64,000 nt of DNA, taken from NCBI GenBank assembly GCA_051362555.1, contig CM120644.1, positions 16,762,534-16,826,533 of the forward strand. Direction: 5' to 3'. Positions within the stretch are counted from its first letter, which is position 1. Every line of letters starts with the position of its first letter. Under the pieces are notes generated by a model, which made no database searches, was not told the DNA's origin, and saw only the letters and a list, made by a program, of their open reading frames with translations. A program made the translations under genes and the position numbers. The DNA is from Lingula anatina. Lineage: Eukaryota > Animalia > Brachiopoda. Positions 59,794-64,000 of this stretch are shown here, in pieces.

Positions 59794-62700
59794 CTAAAAT
59801 GCAAAATCTTAAATATAGTTTTTATCTTACACTGATGTCAAATACCTGGTAATCAGGTTGAGATAGCTGTATTTTCTGTAAACCCAGATTCCAACCTGTA
59901 AGCCATGTTACAATGATGAAAATTTTATGGTAAAAAATAGATTTGGTGCATAATTAGTACAAAATATGTTAAAAGTAAGAATAAAAGAATCTCTATCCAG
60001 AAGAGGATCAAGGGTAAAGGAATTTCAAAAGAACAATGAAGAGGAACAGACCAATCACCGATTAACCTCCATAGCATTCTCTTATCACCCTAGGCACAGC
60101 ATCTAAGTGAACTAATCTTTACTTTTCATAAAACAAAATGAGCATTTTAAAAACAAAATGTTCACCAACTAGATAGATTAATGATACAAATGATCACTGA
60201 AAAAAAATCCAAGTAACGAAAATATAGTAATTAAATCTGACAAACTAAAACAACACTGATAGCCTGTCAGCTACATGTATACCACAGCCCTGACTGTATC
60301 TGCTATCCACAGAACTGTGTGATAATAAACTCCAAAGAAGAGCCTTATAAAAACAAGCAATCCTTAAGGATCAATTTCTCATTAAATCTACATAATATCT
60401 CTTTTTCGCTTACAATAAGCTTAGGATGGGCTGAATGCAATCCAGGTAATGCAAATCAAAGTATACCCAAAAGCCTCATTAGAACTCCTCTTAACAGACT
60501 AAACAATCATCTATCCTGTGCTACAGCCAAGAAAGTGCAAAACAAGGTACACAATGGCGAGTTTCCAGTGGAGATAGGCTGGTGTCACTTAGTGCATCTC
60601 ACCTCAGCAAGTCCTCTTAATAACATGAGCTCAATGTGGGAGGAACATCTAACAATACGACTTACCTCGATCAAAAATTGTCTTGGCTATGACAACTGAG
60701 AGGTAAAAGGTTTGGCCTATCTTCCAGATGAGCCAAAGATAGTCACACAGAATATAGGGAAGGGCCAGATCAAGTTACGTCGACTCACCTCGACTGGAAA
60801 CTCGCTTTAGTACTACGAACAAGTGCCACTGTGCTGCTGCTGCTGCTATTGACAGGACATCAATTTGCAGTCAATTACAGTCATCTGATGCGTGCTCGCA
60901 AGTACCAGTTAACCGCAGAGTTTAACACAACAGTGATTGTGTGAGCTAAGAGCTTCATTCACACCTGACGGGATTCAATTTGTGCTCATAACCGGACTTG
61001 CTTGGAATAAAAATAGTTCCACTGACAACACTGGCTGACCAGATTGCTTTACATTCACTCTGAATAGCTTGAGTGTACAATCTGGGTACACACGTAATCT
61101 AATTGTCCTTGGTGATGTCGGTTAGATTACGATGCATTTTCTGCTCAGATATATTTTGGCTCAAAAATGCAATCTCGAAGTCACTCGGTACTGGAATTAG
61201 TACATAATGAATATATCACAATGGGTTCACAGCTCATGGCGAAGCCATTAAACAAAAGCTGATTGCAATCAATCAAACAATCAACTGAGATAAGCAATAT
61301 GTCGTAGTGTGTGTTATCCTCATGGTGATGAAATCCTATCATCTGCCCTATGCCGTGAGATCACAATGAACCTCTTATATCCCAATTTGGAGCTGATCTA
61401 TATTTTGCCCAGTCTTGAAAAGAGCCAGTGTATTCATAGCTTGCTCTCATCAGATCCCCTTCACCTTTCTCCCTGGTGTTCTGTTGACACAACCTGAGCG
61501 AAACAACAGGCACTTGGATCTGATATCTATGTACTTAATTCCCTTTTTCAATGCAGGTGCAGAATGATCCATATTTATAATCAAACCTGCAGAACAACAG
61601 ACTACTTGAAGTCGTGTAACCAAAGTCGGTTTCACAACACTTGATAGAAAACCATTGCTGCTCTAACACAATCAAAGGCACTCAAACTGAGGAAAGATTA
61701 CAAAAGTGTGAGCTCTGAGAGCCCAGCTGCTTTTAGAAATCCTTTGTGACTTCGCCGAGAAAACAGCGCTCAGACCGGTGTCCTCACATCAGCCCAATTC
61801 ACATCTTATCCATGAAAGCTTCTGAAAATCCTTAGTTACCAAGCACAACTTAATAAGAAAATGCTTCAAAATACCACATACATAATTGTAAGCCATTCCA
61901 GTATTGTATTCAAGGCACAAATAATCACATATTTCTTAAAGCGCAAGATCATCCAGCTTCTCCCTAATCTTCGTGACAGAAATGTCAAGCAGTATAAACA
62001 CAATATTGGTAGTTTTCTCCCCCCCCCCCCAATATTTTTAAAGATTCAAAGATAAAAAATACTGTACCGGTAGCTTTTCTTCAAGACATTTAAAAACTTT
62101 TTAAAAGAAGCATCAAGAGAAGAAACTGAACAACAAGATGGCACCGCCATATTTTGGAACCTCCCAGAAGAATCCTTAAAGCCACATAGAAGAAGTTGGT
62201 ACCAGCAGATCTTCTCCAATAACCACACTTAACAACCTTTTAAATGTGGCAGCTCGTGTAGGTATCACATATGTAACTGAACCCTTTAATGACCCACTGG
62301 GCTCCTGGGTTCTAACTCGAAACCCCCCAGTGGTGGCCAAGTGCTGTTTGTTTTCCCTAAACTTGTTGCAGTATTAATGAGATACCGGTATCGCCATGAG
62401 GTCCACTTGCCATGGTATATCTTCAGGGGGCCAGAAGCTGGCAATCTATCTGACCGCCTCTGCCAACAGCTCTGGCAGTTCTTGGTTGTTAAGGCTGCCC
62501 AGTGGTCAATGCCCTTGAATGATAACAGCAAAGCAGCACTTGGCATGTTGAAATTTCTTCTTTCTTTCCTATGGTGTCTAGATATACCTAGATTTAAGTG
62601 CTTACTGTAAGGATCTGATATGAATATTCACAGGGAAACTGCGCACTCTGGACTGTGCAGGACCATCTATTTCCATTGCAAGGAATCACCTACAGCACTG

Positions 62701-63673
62701 AGAAACTCCAATACTGCAAAATATATAACATGCAATACTTCAAATGAATAAAAACACTGTCCTCCCTTTAAGTATGAACATTAACTTCAACTCTGATCCC
62801 ATCTCCATATTTACAAAAGTCTGTCCCAGCAATATACACCATACACCAATAAAACATCTTCAATAAATGCCTGAACAGAAAACCATTCTCGCTTTCAACC
62901 AGCTTCCTCTTCTCCCATCAGCATGGCGTCCCAGAGAAAGACATACCTTAACACCGAACACAATGGACCCACCTTCTCTCTCCCACACCAGTCAAGCCAT
63001 TCAACACTTCAGATTAAACTCCCGTTCTTCTGCTCCAACGACTCCATTGTTGGGCAGAATTCTTCTGTTACACACAGCCTAAACCTGGTTATCTCAATGA
63101 TGAACGCTGCTCTGGATAATAACTGTCATGTTGACAATGGGGTTATACACTGAGAGGGCCCTGGCTGCTTCCCATTGACAACGCTTACATGGATTAATAT
63201 AATGTATATAATACTGTCCAAATGACCTCATAGGTATACAGGAATGGGGCCTGGTTATCTTAAATAATGCCCATTGTCATGAATCAACATCGTGTGGAAA
63301 CTGTAGCTGTTTACATGTTCTGGTTCACAATAATTATGATTATTAACGTAAATGTCACAATGACACCTTGCATTGCTAAGAAGAACCTGGTAATGTCATG
63401 TTATTGTCATTAACCGCAGTTGAAGTCATACACATGTTGTTGTTATAAATGAACAGGACCTTGTTATGTCACCTAAGGACCAGTGTTAACTGTTTTTCTT
63501 TTTTTTACTTCTTTTTTACCCAATCGCTGAATAACAATTCATTGAAACCATCAGCAATCAGATCAGATTCTTACAAAAAAATATTTTTTTGATCTGACCC
63601 GACTTTACTGCTACTCTTTTTCTTTTACCTGGAAATTACATGCCATTTGGATATACTTCAGGAAAAAAGCCAA

Positions 63674-63885
63674 TGCCCCCTTTACACTGGATGGCGTCCT
63701 TTCTACGACCATGAAATTTGGCATCACTGTGGTCTTAATAAGGAGGCACGAGCATTGATTTTGTATCAGAATGAATGCTCAATGATCGGCCAGTTGTCGG
63801 CACGTAAAGTATTATAATTCTTTAACTCTCAAATGGAGCCGAACTGCTGGACGCAGAAAGGACGCCATCCAGTGTAAAGGGGGCT
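63674..63885. mobile_element. MITE family B (PIF/Harbinger-like), complete copy
   Basis: TIRs GCCCCCTTTACACTGGATGGCGTCCTTTCT / AGAAAGGACGCCATCCAGTGTAAAGGGGGC, with TTA on the right flank. The superfamily is inferred from the termini. Confidence 0.85.
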
Positions 63886-64000
63886 TTAATAAGACCATCA
63901 TCCAAAAGTACTATAACAAAAGTCATGATACTCAAATCAGAAATTGAAATGATACTGAGGGGGTTCTCACTATTTGAAATTAGCAGTGAGGTAAGATTTA

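Noticed and set aside
61450-61635. Copia RNase H-like motif (KYIDIR)
   Set aside because: Only a few residues match and no supporting RT, integrase or LTR is visible; too weak to call.

Overview
AT-rich animal (invertebrate) genomic DNA with spliceosomal introns, microsatellites and many MITEs. In order: (1) a full-length, apparently intact non-LTR retrotransposon (470-5405); (2) TE debris, including an RTE 5' fragment with a decayed twister-ribozyme-like motif and a 935-bp foldback element; (3) a 15-exon gene (13857-21816, +) encoding ankyrin repeats, a death-domain-like segment and a TIR domain; (4) an intronless pancreatic-lipase-family gene ending in a CaaX box; (5) a minus-strand BRICHOS-domain precursor gene with an unusual 8-Cys, Gly/Arg-rich C-terminal cargo; (6) two intronless FUT8/NodZ-like fucosyltransferase genes in an inverted duplication; (7) the 3' part of a large polycystin-1-like gene on the minus strand, which continues past the window end. 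The best candidate for an undescribed system is the ankyrin-TIR gene. Each internal ankyrin repeat is its own phase-0 exon in a recombining tandem exon-intron array, variation is concentrated at ligand-contact positions, the TIR keeps the WCxxE glutamate, and three duplicated upstream modules carry NF-kB-type sites. All gene models were built by eye from splice signals and reading frames; no database searches were run.
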